The notes under the pieces were generated by a model. The model did not search any database and was not told the DNA's origin. It saw only the letters and a list, made by a program, of their open reading frames with translations. Source: Podospora anserina (Eukaryota). From it: a stretch of 64,000 bases of DNA. The stretch is taken from assembly GCA_017654855.1 (NCBI GenBank), contig CM030338.1:4092001-4156000 (forward strand), in the 5' to 3' direction. Below, piece after piece: positions 1 through 10,774 of this stretch (position 1 is its first letter; each line of letters opens with the position of its first letter). Both the position numbers and the translations under genes were made by a program.

Positions 1-565
1 CTCCAAAGCCGGCAAGGAGAAGGACGTCTTTATCATGCATCGCGAGTGTGGTACCCTCGTCGAGCTTGGCAAAGACAAGACTCGGGCAATAGGCAAGATG
101 AAGGCCACCATCACCCACCGCTTCAAGTTTTCCCCTCAACACAGTAACGGAACTCACGCTGCTTTCAACGGCTCCAACGGTACTACCGGCACTCATCCGC
201 ATGACGCTGCAAAAGCCGAGGGCGAGTACGAGTTTGACGTTGACTGCGACTGCCGCTTCATTTTTTTCGTCGAGAAGAACGCGTCGACCAACAACGAGTG
301 GAAGACGCGGTATGTGAAGCTCTTTTATGAGAAGGACAAGGTTGTAACGGTAGACGGGTTCACGGCGCCGAGGTTCAGCAAGGCAGAGCTTGAGAGGATA
401 CCAAAGGGGTATAAATACTTGGGAGCTGCGCAGGCGAGGCTGGGATACGAAATCGACTTGGACTTGCCCACTGCGTCAGGGGAACTTTGGGACCGCATGT
501 ATGGCGAGATGGAGAAGTGGCTGGATGGGGGAAAGGTCGACTTGTTTTGGGAAGGGAAACAATAA
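1..565 (+). CDS. 3' part of a SnoaL/NTF2-like protein (PEP2-like); 5' end outside window
   Basis: Frame open from the window start. Motifs HRECGTLVEL...RAIGKMKATITHRF and EFDVDCDCRFIFF...WKTRYVKLFYEKDK resemble fungal PEP2/SnoaL-like proteins. Confidence 0.65.
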   Translation, partial: SKAGKEKDVFIMHRECGTLVELGKDKTRAIGKMKATITHRFKFSPQHSNGTHAAFNGSNGTTGTHPHDAAKAEGEYEFDVDCDCRFIFFVEKNASTNNEWKTRYVKLFYEKDKVVTVDGFTAPRFSKAELERIPKGYKYLGAAQARLGYEIDLDLPTASGELWDRMYGEMEKWLDGGKVDLFWEGKQ

Positions 566-1226
566 GCAATGATTGGAAAGGGTCGCTCGGAGGATATTGG
601 CTGGTGATACGCATTATACCCGTTTGGATCGGGGGATGTCTTCCATTTCTGTTCTTGTTCATGGCGCATCTTTTTGGTCAGATCCGGCTCAGCATTAGGT
701 AGTTGACGCCAATGGTAGGTGACAAGATGTGCAGTAATAGACTTTCTCATGGCCGCATGGTAGCTGGCGAACCTCTGTTGACCCCTGAACCAAGCCGCTA
801 CACACCATCGAGGGCGCACACGACATGGATGACAAGTGACGGCTGCCACCTACCCGGAGGCAACACGATTCCTGGCAGCAAAGTGCTGTCAATGAAGGCG
901 GGTGCAAACAGGCTCACAACCCGTCCAAATGGCGCCATGTTATGATTCCCAGCTCTTGGTGACACAGACAGAGCGGCTTCCCTCTCCGTGACATGGCCTG
1001 CCTACTCAGGAGAGCCGGCCGATTTCGGAGTTTTGGCAGGTCGTTGAAGGCCAGCCAGGGAGCACACCGCCGCTGCCTGCCGGAGCGTGCATGCGGATCT
1101 ACCGGTGTTTCGGAGGGCAAAGACAGCATCGAGGTCATGTGAGACTTGTTCTGGGACGTTGTAGGTATTTGTGTGTGTCGACTACTACAGGGGGAATCTC
1201 TACAGTCCACCACCATCTCCAGGCCA

Positions 1227-1613
1227 TTACTCGGCAGCGGCGGCGGCGGCAGCCTTCTCCTTGGCGAGCTTCCCCATCTTCTCAACAGCCAGATTCAAGC
1301 TCGGCAGGTTGGCGCCCTGGATCATTGCTTGGCCGTTGACGGCAACCTGGTTGCCCTCCTTGAAGAAGAGGAAGGTGGGCATGGCGGCGACGCTGTATTT
1401 CTGGGCGACAGACTGTACGTGATCGACGTTGACTTTGGCAAAGGCAAGAAAGCCGGGGATCGAGAAGGTAGAAGCCATCTTGGAAAAGTGGGGATTGATG
1501 AGCTTGCACGGGCCGCACCAGTCGGCGTGGAAGTCGGCGATGACATACTTGTTCGACGCGAGGAGGTTGTCGAACTCTTGGTGCGAGCTAATGTGCTTGA
1601 CTTGATCGGCCAT
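1227..1613 (-). CDS. Thioredoxin
   Basis: WCGPC active site and cis-Pro motif AMPTFLFFKEG; 128 aa, intronless. Confidence 0.95.
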   Translation of the reverse strand: MADQVKHISSHQEFDNLLASNKYVIADFHADWCGPCKLINPHFSKMASTFSIPGFLAFAKVNVDHVQSVAQKYSVAAMPTFLFFKEGNQVAVNGQAMIQGANLPSLNLAVEKMGKLAKEKAAAAAAAE

Positions 1614-2005
1614 TTCGAAATTGGTAATGGTCTTTGGGAGAGAGTCGTGTACGAATGGAAAAGCGACGGAAGGGAGGAGATTGGATCAACGGTTTTGGAT
1701 GCGCGCACTCGAAGTTCGAAGACGGAGGAGATTCGCAATCGCGGGGGATAAAGAGCACAGCCCAGAGAGCTCCATCTGGAGCTTCAGAAGCGGTGGGGCC
1801 ATACTGGAAGTCAACTTCGTGCTGACTAATCATTCATAACCCTAACCCCCTGGGAAAGCGATGATGTCATCCGCTCTGATTCTTGTGTTCTGTCTACGTT
1901 CTTTTATGGGCGTGCCTGGCCACTCTGAAGAAGCAAATATTCTTCACCCTTACGAAGATACTCAGCGATATGTTGCAAGATAAAGGAAGCCGTTCTCTGT
2001 CAGAC

Positions 2006-2188
2006 ATGGAGGAGCACAGTCAGTCCAAACAACTTGTCCAGCACCCAGCACCACAACAAGAGGAAGAAGTCGATAGGCAGCCGCCAAACTCGAGAGGTGC
2101 TCCGGCAGTCAGACTTGAGATGGACCTTGATGTGGATATTGAGCTCAAGGGAAAGATCAAGGGGGATGTGACGGTGGCTATCTTGTAG
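2006..2188 (+). CDS. Small hypothetical protein with the conserved fungal C-terminal motif RLxLDLDVDIELKxKIxGDVT(L/V)xLL; may have a final exon to about 2270
   Basis: VRLEMDLDVDIELKGKIKGDVTVAIL; a GTAGGT donor-like site overlaps the stop codon. Confidence 0.55.
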   Translation: MEEHSQSKQLVQHPAPQQEEEVDRQPPNSRGAPAVRLEMDLDVDIELKGKIKGDVTVAIL

Positions 2189-2546
2189 GTTCGACATGTG
2201 ATACCGTTTATTGATCTCGAACAAATGATTGACGCGATAGCGCAGAGAAGATGAGAAGACACAGGATTAGCAAGGATCAGTTGGCATCTTAGAGGTGCGG
2301 TTGCCTGATGACTCTGTTGAAGGTTGGCTCGGTCACGAGGTCACGCGAGGTGGTTGACTGACAGCGCCAAAATCACACGCAACCCACATCAAACGCCATG
2401 ACCCCAAAGCTACGAACAGCTGCGAGAGTCAAGTGAACCATGCGCGAAAACGGGTTTCCTCGTCACTCGAGATTTCTTGAATACAAAGCCAGTGACTTGA
2501 GCAACGTCAATCATGGCCCGAATCCCGCTCCAACCATCCCAGCACA

Positions 2547-3356
2547 ATGTCATCACAACGCAGTAGACGTGCGCCGAAAGCAACACCCAAACGTACAAAT
2601 GACGGCCTCAAGCCAGGGGAAATACTTTCTCAAGTCGGCCGGGTCGCCCTCCCGTTCATTCTCACCAAGCTTGCGCAACAACAAGAAGAGAAACAACGCC
2701 AACAAGAGAGGGAAAGCAACAAAGCCCCAACCTCCTCAAGATCCCGTACTGCAAGCCGCAATGGCAGCACAACATCCACGGGTGAACGGTCCAGATCATC
2801 CCACAACCGAGACAGAGACAAACACCGAGACAACAACGGCTCTGCCGACGCATCCTTCCGCAATGACAGCGATTTCCACGGCGTCATCAGCCAAGTCGCC
2901 GTCGGTTTAGTTGCCTTTGGAGCCAAAAAGCTTATACAGAGAAGAAAGGAGGCCAAGCAGGCTGCTGCTTCCGCCGCACAAACTGCTCAAGCGAATGGAC
3001 GCAATGCCCGAGGCAACAAGAGCCCAGCCGAGGCGGATGTTGAACTTTCAAGGGCATTGGAGACTACAGCGATTGAGCTGCAGGGGGCTAGCGAGTCACT
3101 ACGCAGGCTGGCAAACTCGGGTCCAAAAAACCACCACAGGAAATGCGCGGTGAGAGACGAGCTGGTACGAGATGCTCAGAGGCTGGAAGGTTCACTTGCC
3201 AGCATACAAACGGGCATTCACAATATGCGCAACCTGCACCCAAGGTTGCGCAGACCAGATGAGGGTAAGAAAGAGCCTCTCCAAAGGGGGACGAGAGGCT
3301 TGGGACCCATACGAGATGGGAAGGTTGGACATCGGGAACGGCTGAAGGAGAGGTAA
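2547..3356 (+). CDS. Hypothetical protein (low complexity, one hydrophobic segment, coiled-coil-like C-terminal half)
   Basis: 269-aa ATG-initiated ORF; no recognised family motif. Confidence 0.5.
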   Translation: MSSQRSRRAPKATPKRTNDGLKPGEILSQVGRVALPFILTKLAQQQEEKQRQQERESNKAPTSSRSRTASRNGSTTSTGERSRSSHNRDRDKHRDNNGSADASFRNDSDFHGVISQVAVGLVAFGAKKLIQRRKEAKQAAASAAQTAQANGRNARGNKSPAEADVELSRALETTAIELQGASESLRRLANSGPKNHHRKCAVRDELVRDAQRLEGSLASIQTGIHNMRNLHPRLRRPDEGKKEPLQRGTRGLGPIRDGKVGHRERLKER

Positions 3357-3646
3357 CTGAGGCTCGTTGGGAACGAGTCTTTCCGAAGGGAAGAGAAGAC
3401 TGTTCTTTCGGCAGAAATCGACGCCAGCCATGAGCACATCGGATAGAGCTCTGGTGCTTTACTAGCCCAGGCATCCCGGCGTTCCCGACCAAACCCACAT
3501 GCCGATACAGGCAGATAATCTCCACAATCCGGAGCCCCCGAACCCACTCCAGGCTACAACCCTGACCACTGTCACTCCACTGCAACCCACAGCCATCTAC
3601 ATGACAGCTAAATCCTCACCTCGAACTTCAACAATTTAAGAGGAGA

Positions 3647-3718
3647 GCCCGCATGGCTCAGTGGTAGAGCGTGTCACTAGTAATGACAAGGTCGTCAGTT
3701 CAATTCTGGCTGTGGGCA
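3647..3718 (+). tRNA. tRNA-Thr(AGT), copy 1
   Basis: Acceptor GCCCGCA/TGTGGGC, D-arm TGGCTCAGTGGTAGAGC, anticodon arm TGTCA-CT-AGT-AA-TGACA, T-loop GTTCAATTC. Confidence 0.95.
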
Positions 3719-3754
3719 TCCTGTTCTCACTCCTCTCCTCTCTTCACCTCTCTC

Positions 3755-3826
3755 GCCCGCATGGCTCAGTGGTAGAGCGTGTCACTAGTAATGACAAGGC
3801 CGTCAGTTCAATTCTGGCTGTGGGCA
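3755..3826 (+). tRNA. tRNA-Thr(AGT), copy 2
   Basis: Identical to copy 1 except one T>C in the variable loop (GGTC vs GGCC). Confidence 0.92.
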
Positions 3827-4013
3827 GGCATGCACCTGGGGTCAGGAGACAGATGGGACAGTTCCTTTGCTCTTTTTGTACTCTTTGCAGATATCATGTT
3901 CAGGACACATCGATAGACAAATAGCGTTTCTTTTTTACTGAGATACCCCAATACCCATTACACCCTGATTATACAAATATTGCTTTCCATTACGGTCTCC
4001 CCCTTATATGTTG

Positions 4014-4250
4014 TTATGCAGGCGGTGGCGGCGGCGGCGGAGGTGGCGGCGGAGGAGTTTCCCCTGACGACGCCGAAAACGACATGTGGCTCCCTTTGCT
4101 TCCGTAGCGGCTTCCTCTCCTTCGACTCCGGCTCCTCCTCCTTACCCGTATCGATCTGCCGTACCGATGGCAAAAGTAAAAGCAGCCCACCAAGAAGGCT
4201 GTTACGAGAACACCCACGACAACACCGATGGTGATGTTCTGTTCTTGCAT
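4014..4250 (-). CDS. Small single-pass membrane protein (78 aa) with Arg/Ser-rich and poly-Pro tail
   Basis: MQEQNITIGVVVGVLVTAFLVGCFYFC hydrophobic helix, then a basic stretch and poly-Pro. Confidence 0.55.
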   Translation of the reverse strand: MQEQNITIGVVVGVLVTAFLVGCFYFCHRYGRSIRVRRRSRSRRRGSRYGSKGSHMSFSASSGETPPPPPPPPPPPPA

Positions 4251-5260
4251 CGAGTATCGTTTTGTTAACTGGCTCGTCCATAGTGAGGACGATATCGGTT
4301 TATCGGCCCGCAGAACCGAGGCTTTTAATGAGAGGTGCAACCATGAGGGGAACAACGCTGGTGCGGGGGAGGATGGTTGTGAGGGAAGCGGCACAAGCGT
4401 GCGAGCAGAGGCGAGAGGGGGTATAAACATGACGACGAGTTTTGCTCAGACTGGATAGGTCACGAGGTTGGTAGACCTTGATTTTTTGCTAGCCCTGACT
4501 GGTTTTCAAATAAGATGCTCTGAAAATCCGGGCATGTGATTGTGGTATAGGTACAGAGGTCGAATCGCTTTCGAGATTCAGATTCAATGGAAAGTTGCTC
4601 AGACTGGGTACAGAAAACAGAGGTTCCAAATGGGGCTTTTTTGGAGACTGGCGCTAGGAAGAAAAACGGCTGTTGAGAGAAAGAAAGGTGCAAGCCGTAT
4701 GCAGGACGAGAAGAGAAACCTTTTTATCCCTCTCCTGTCGCTAGTGTAAAAGGTACGGGTGAGATAACAGCCATCGCGGGTGCTGATGTAAAATGTCGAC
4801 TGACCAATATTGCTCATTTTCTTGGTAGCACGGAGGCATGGGGGCAGCAGAAGCAGGGCTGCAGATGGGTGCCAGTGGTGTTGCCTGCGTGGTGGGATTG
4901 GGGGCTTGAGGGTTGATGCTGGAGGAGCAAAGTTGGAGACGAAGCGACCCAGTTCACAGATGGACATCTGCAGCTAGTTTAGCCAGTACTGGTACAACCT
5001 ATCAGGCATCAACTGGGACGACTGACTGCATGATTGTGCATATCACAACCCAATGATATCAGGACGGGTTCAACTTGCGGGGCTGACACGGCCTATTACC
5101 GACCACATTGCAGAATATGTATGCCCGGTCTGACGAATGGCCCACCAGTCAGACGAGCAAAAAGTTATGGAAGTGCGGTACAGAGCGATCACCAAGGTAG
5201 AAGACCAGGTAAGGCAGGGGTAGTAGAGGCACAGGAATCGGCATCATCTTCGTCTACTTG

Positions 5261-5720
5261 CCAGTTCAATGGCTTTAGATACCGTTCAGCAATCCAAAAT
5301 TCAACTGCTATCTCTCAGACCGAGACGCTTTTGCAAGAGCAAGCCTTCCATACCACTTTCGCATTTCGATCCCGCCCATCACCCCGCTCTGGAGTGTAAG
5401 CCCTCCGTGGCTACCAGTTCAATGGTTATGGATCGTGTTCAACAACCCACAATTCAACTGCCATCTCTCAGATCTAACCTCGCTTGCAACTATCTGACTG
5501 TACAGGTGGCCTTTCCTCTTGCTCTTTTGGCGATGCCGGTCCTTGTGAAATGAAGCTTTTGATGGCGAGTGCCAGACTTCCACATGACTTTCGAGTTTCA
5601 ATCCCACCCATCAGCCCGCCTTGCGAGTGCATGCCCGCCATGCCTGCCAATTCAATGACTTTGAATCTCGTTCAGACCCACACTCCAGCTGCTTTCTTTC
5701 AGATCCAGCCGCTTTGCAAG
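5261..5720. repeat. Degenerate three-unit direct repeat
   Basis: Units begin CCARTTCAATG at 5261, 5414 and 5647 and share GTTCA...CA(A/G)CTGC...TCAGA...TTGCAA. Confidence 0.6.
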
Positions 5721-6177
5721 TCATGCTGAGACCGAGTGGTTTTAGCAATGTGAGCAAGTAGCTGGGTGGGCAACAGCGCTGCCCCCCATGGGGTTATATG
5801 CTCGAGTTCAGTCTCTTCCTTCCGTGCCCAGTAGGGGACACCAATCATGACCAAGTATCGTTTCGAGACCCCCCCATAATCTTAACATGGACGGCGACTT
5901 GGTGAAGTTTGGCGCCGCTGCTACTATGCAGCCAAAGATCCGGGCTGGAAATCCGGCATGTATGGCTGGCCAGTCCGGATGGTGCTAGGATAATGATTTA
6001 GGTCTTCACCGGCACCATGAATAACTGCACCATCCTGGCGCAGGGTGATATCAAGGGCGGCAGTACTACCAGACATGTTCACCAGCAGCACCATATAAAC
6101 ATGAGTCAACACAGATCCAGATCCCCTCCAGCTTAGAAAGCTGGACGACGTAAAAATAAATACAATGTGGGAAGTTA

Positions 6178-6420
6178 ATGAATAGGTATTGGAAGATACT
6201 TAATAGGTGTTGAAAGATACCTTGGTCGAAAGTTAAAAGGTCATCTATAGGTGTTAAATGATGGTTGATAAGTGTGAAAAATAGTCTATAGGTATTTAAA
6301 ATTTGCTAATATCTATTAAAAGATAGTCTATAGGTGCTAAAAATAATCTGTAGGTATTAATAAATAGTCTATAAGTATTGAAAGATAGCCTATAGGTGTT
6401 AATAGATAGTCTATATACAC
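6178..6420. repeat. About 21-bp minisatellite in an AT-rich, RIP-like island (about 6150-6560)
   Basis: Repeated units like TAGTCTATAGGTGTTAAAAGA; TpA-rich. Confidence 0.65.
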
Positions 6421-6998
6421 TTAAAAACTGCTAAAATGCGTTAAAGTCTCCTTATTAGGTTGTTTAAGTATAGTGAAGAGGTGTTAAAATAGTCGTCAAC
6501 TGGTGTTCCAAGGTGTTCTAAGGCGGTGGGTAGGTAGGTATTAAAGTAAGAAATTTAGAGTCTTGGGGACTGCTACACTAAACCAGCCATGTATCTTATG
6601 CAAGAAATCACAGAAAGCTGCAGTTAAAATCTGTCCCGGTCAACCCATTCAAAGAGCGTTTATCACCTACCTGCAAGCGTTGGACGTCCCTGTTGTGATG
6701 AGCAGCTACATCCACTTCAATCAGGCGGGATGCGAGCATGGAAAGAGGGACCAGGACAGGAAGACAAGACCTCCCAACTCTCTGAGGAGTTTTCCCAGAT
6801 AGGCCGTTGTTCTGAGTGATGTTGGATATGAACTCGGCTGCTCGCGCGGCTACCCATGCGGGTGTCAGTGCCGCCGCCGCTCGCCTGTTCGCAGCATTTT
6901 TAAAACCATTGTTGGATAAACGCTATTAAGAGAGCAGCTAGCAACTAAAAATAACCATCTTATGAATAAAAACTCTTCTTTTCTTAATATACAAAATC

Positions 6999-7087
6999 GC
7001 GGGTTTAGCTCAGTTGGGAGAGCGTCAGACTGAAGTCCACTTCAATCATTAATCTGAAGGTCATGTGTTCGATCCACATAAACCGCA
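6999..7087 (+). tRNA. tRNA-Phe(GAA) with 16-nt intron (7036-7051)
   Basis: Acceptor GCGGGTT/AACCGC, TCAGA-CT-GAA-G[intron]A-TCTGA, T-loop GTTCGATCC, downstream T-runs. Intron contains CTTCA, complementary to the anticodon loop. Confidence 0.95.
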
Positions 7088-7420
7088 TCTGCTTTTGTTT
7101 TTGTGACCTCCTCTTTTTGTCACCAGGGAACTGAGTTGTCAGCAGATGTTTTGGCAGAGGTCATGCCTTGTCGACCTATGATTCACACTTTGTGTAAGCA
7201 CAAGATCGCTATGATATTTAAGATATTCTTTCTGTAATGCATTATCTCTCTATATGTGCTATCAGCCCTGTCGTTTATAACATTAACTAGTATCTAAAAC
7301 CCGGCCTTGTCTTCAAGAACATGTGCCCAAACGCCGCCCCAAATTCTCACACGACCACCTGCTGATCTTGTGTTGGGCTCGTGGGCATCTACGACTTCCC
7401 AAGCCCGGTCCTAACATGCT

Positions 7421-9556
7421 TTACAGGACAGGTGCAGGCGATTTTACAACCGGCAAAATAGTCACGACTGCCACGTCGTTGCTCTTTTCCGCAGCGGATG
7501 ACAACCCAAAGAAGGTATATCTCTTCTTGGTTCCAGCGGACTGTGGGGTTACAGCTGGATTTGGTGGAATGGTCTGCTGATTGGAAGCCGCCACGGTTTT
7601 TTCTGAAAAGGTAAACATTCTCTTTCCCACCCTCGGAGCCGCTGTCATGGGCCCCTGCGGACCTCGGGCTTTTGGCACACTCGGAGACGAACTCTTCATG
7701 GCCTCTGACATGGAAAGCGTGGCTTGCCTGAACAACTGCGGCGAGGAGCGGATGGGTGTCGAGACCCTGTTGAAGAGGGGCCCAATCTTCTCCGACATGG
7801 TGACCACAATCGGCCTCTTTGGCGGCTTGGTGAGCTCAAAGTATGCTCGGCCAGAGTCAGTTTTGGTGAGAGAGCCAGTGAAGGAGCCCTTGCTCAGGGC
7901 GGCGCGGGCGAGTTTGGCCTTGGTCATCAGCATCATTTCACTCCCTTGGAGCGCCACCACACAGTTGTGCCAGGGGGTGGGCACATGGAGCAGGTCGATC
8001 GAAGTCATGAGTTCGCCGTCGGCCGAAAGGGAGGTGACGGCCCGTACCTTGGCGGGGTCCACAAGCTGGATGCCAAACTTGGGACCGGCATTGTTGTGTG
8101 CGTGGATGGATAGCCGGATATAGTTGGGAAACAGCATCTCGACGAGGTTGGAGTAGGCGTGGTTGCGTACAATCATCTCGAAGGCCACCTTGGCTGACAG
8201 CTTCTTTTGCTTGGACCGTGACATCCTTTGGGTCAGCGGGTGGTTTTCCAGATCCTCGAGCACGAACTTGGAAAAGCCGCGGTACAGACGGGTGATTGTG
8301 GCATCCTTGGAATCAATCTTTGCCCGAATAGCCTCTTTACGAGGCCCGGACCCCGCAACAAGCATCCGCCTACAGAGCTCGGCTTCCTCAGTAATCTTGG
8401 TGTCTAGGTGGTGTTCAATAGGGGGAAGGCTAAGCCGGGATGCTAGAGTGGAAAGGTCATCGTTCCGGGACGCCAGTTGGAAGAGCTCAACGAGAGACTT
8501 GAAGCCTATACGATCAGGATCCCCGAAATGAGAGCCAACCTCCCGGTTTATATCTTTGAGCAAGGCGGTATACCTGTCCACCTCGCTGTCATCGACACCA
8601 ATGCAGTCGCTAAAGACGTGTCCGTCACTGATAACCCATAGTTTGGCGCCAGGCATGTAAATCTTTTCGATTTCGGTGACAAAACCGTGCAGCCTCTCCA
8701 AGGCAAGCTCTTCACCACGATCTGGATCTGGGCCAGTAACCTTGTCGGGATTGGATGACTTGCATGGAAATGCAGGAAGACACATCTCGAGTTTGGCCTT
8801 GCGTGATGTAAAGTGGCGCACCCGTTGTGTAAAGTACTTGCGGCCCGAGACCTTCCATTGGTCACCCTTGCCACCGTCGTACCTGAGATAACTGTCGAAG
8901 AGGTCCACTATCTGCTCGGTTATAGCTTCGATATCGGCATCCTCTCCTGCTGCTGAGACTGGCAGGGTATGGGTCGTGAGGTCGGCCTGGGTGAGGAGGA
9001 GGTCGACGAAAAATTTCTCAAACGCGTCCCCGTCCACAATACGTCCATGGTTTCCAATCATGATGGCTGTGGTGTAGCCCTGACCATCGGGGGACGATGA
9101 TTGGTATATTTTGGCATCGGGCTTGCTGTGGCTCGACCGGATTGTTGACCAATTGTCCTGAACCCATTGCTTTTGAGAGCCGGTGCAGTGAACAAGGTTC
9201 CCCTCGGAGTCCCGGAGGTAGGAACCTTGATAGCGAAAATAGATGGATTGGCCTTCGTTTCCAAACTCCACGACCATTGCCATGTTGACGTTTGGTGCCT
9301 TTTGTGCAGGGACAGGGGAACTGGGAGGGTTAAGAGAGTTGAGAGGGTTCCGCAATGACTCCTCGGCTTGGTGGAAGATGTGGTAGCAAGAGATGTGGAC
9401 AAGCACAACGTGACACACGGCGAGGATGCAGAAGCTAAGCAACTGAAAAGCACTTGGTAGGCAAGAGGTGTCTTGGGCGCAAAGTGCAGATGTCGTGTAG
9501 TAGGTGAAGACTGGGGGGGTGATGAGCAAACACGCCCTCACCAAGTAGGAGATCAT
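7421..9556 (-). CDS. dit1: Isocyanide synthase / dityrosine biosynthesis protein, DIT1_PvcA family
   Basis: Family motifs LPAFPCKSSN, GEELAL, ISDGHVFSDCIGVDD, YRGFSKF, IRLSIH, TPWHN; no fused dioxygenase domain seen. Confidence 0.92.
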   Translation of the reverse strand: MISYLVRACLLITPPVFTYYTTSALCAQDTSCLPSAFQLLSFCILAVCHVVLVHISCYHIFHQAEESLRNPLNSLNPPSSPVPAQKAPNVNMAMVVEFGNEGQSIYFRYQGSYLRDSEGNLVHCTGSQKQWVQDNWSTIRSSHSKPDAKIYQSSSPDGQGYTTAIMIGNHGRIVDGDAFEKFFVDLLLTQADLTTHTLPVSAAGEDADIEAITEQIVDLFDSYLRYDGGKGDQWKVSGRKYFTQRVRHFTSRKAKLEMCLPAFPCKSSNPDKVTGPDPDRGEELALERLHGFVTEIEKIYMPGAKLWVISDGHVFSDCIGVDDSEVDRYTALLKDINREVGSHFGDPDRIGFKSLVELFQLASRNDDLSTLASRLSLPPIEHHLDTKITEEAELCRRMLVAGSGPRKEAIRAKIDSKDATITRLYRGFSKFVLEDLENHPLTQRMSRSKQKKLSAKVAFEMIVRNHAYSNLVEMLFPNYIRLSIHAHNNAGPKFGIQLVDPAKVRAVTSLSADGELMTSIDLLHVPTPWHNCVVALQGSEMMLMTKAKLARAALSKGSFTGSLTKTDSGRAYFELTKPPKRPIVVTMSEKIGPLFNRVSTPIRSSPQLFRQATLSMSEAMKSSSPSVPKARGPQGPMTAAPRVGKRMFTFSEKTVAASNQQTIPPNPAVTPQSAGTKKRYTFFGLSSAAEKSNDVAVVTILPVVKSPAPVL

Positions 9557-10774
9557 GGCATCCTTTGTATATCACGTTCCTCTCCGAGAACCACGTGTAT
9601 CAACAGCCTCCTGCTGTCCTGCCCTTCCGGGTATTGGCGGCCGCAAGTTGCAGCAAGGCTAGATAGGTAGGCCACGGTTCTGGAGGCCCTGCTGCGTTGT
9701 TGTCGTTTCTCTGCTTGTCCCGGTACCCGGGTCAAGGCAAGCGTTTTGTTGGGTCCGAGAGTTGCCGCTGCAGGGCTGAGAGGTGTTACTGCCACAGTCC
9801 TAAAAAAGACTGGATTGTGATGTTGATTCGGCGGCAGAGCAGGCGAGTGGTTGGCAGAAGCTGTCGATGCTGTGTCGATGCTGTGTTGTGTTGCTGCAGG
9901 CATCACGCAGATCTGTCCGTGGCTTGTCGTTGACGTGACAGGACTGGGCCGGGGGGCATGGCCGGGCAGGCTGGAGCGGGGTACCGGTAGTCCGCCAACT
10001 GAATCCATTCACATGCGCACCATCTATTTGTTTGATGACTGAACCGGGCTGAAGTGGGCTTTTTTTTGAGTTGGCTGGTAGCCGCCTCGCACCACAATCG
10101 AGCACGAGATAGGCGCTCTTGGTGCTTCGAGTCATTGCCTGGGGCTGGAGCCATCATACTGTGTGCATGCAGATAGGCGCAAGCATACTCGTACAAATGT
10201 CAAAAGGGGGGCTTGGGCGGCCTGCCTCGGTCACGGTGCGACCGCCGTGTACTGCGAAGACGGCCGAATCACGAATGCAGATATGGATAGCAGACGTCGT
10301 GTTTCCTGTGGGTGATCAGGAAGGCCGAGCTTGGCTCGTCTGCATATCTCCAGTCGTCCTAAGTAACTGTTCGGTACCCGTTGCACCACGCGCATTGGCC
10401 GTGGCCGGCTCTCTCCGTCATCCACCAACGATAATCCAATCGACTTTTGTCGGTACTCAGATCCCTCTGACAGATTCCATGGATGACTTAAACGTGGAAG
10501 CAGCATGCGCATTCGGCCGCCATGCCGGTCCACGACATGATACCCACGCCAAGACGTGTCTGCATGATAGGCAGGTACCTATTGTGAAGATATCACCACA
10601 TTCGACGCACCGGGAAAACACGATAATCAACACACGGCAGCATGAGTCCAGAGTATTGTTTGGTACGGCACAATCATCAATGTGAGACAAATTACATGCA
10701 CGTTCTTATAAACGCCTACCCAATCTACGTTATGCCCGCTTCCGCTCTCCAGGGACCAACGATCCATTCAACGT

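Noticed and set aside
1837-1848. Telomere-like TAACCCTAACCC
   Set aside because: Only two units; at most a transcription-factor site.
6600-6901. GC-rich stretch ending in a T-run, possible Pol III ncRNA
   Set aside because: No recognisable SRP, snRNA or snoRNA motifs.
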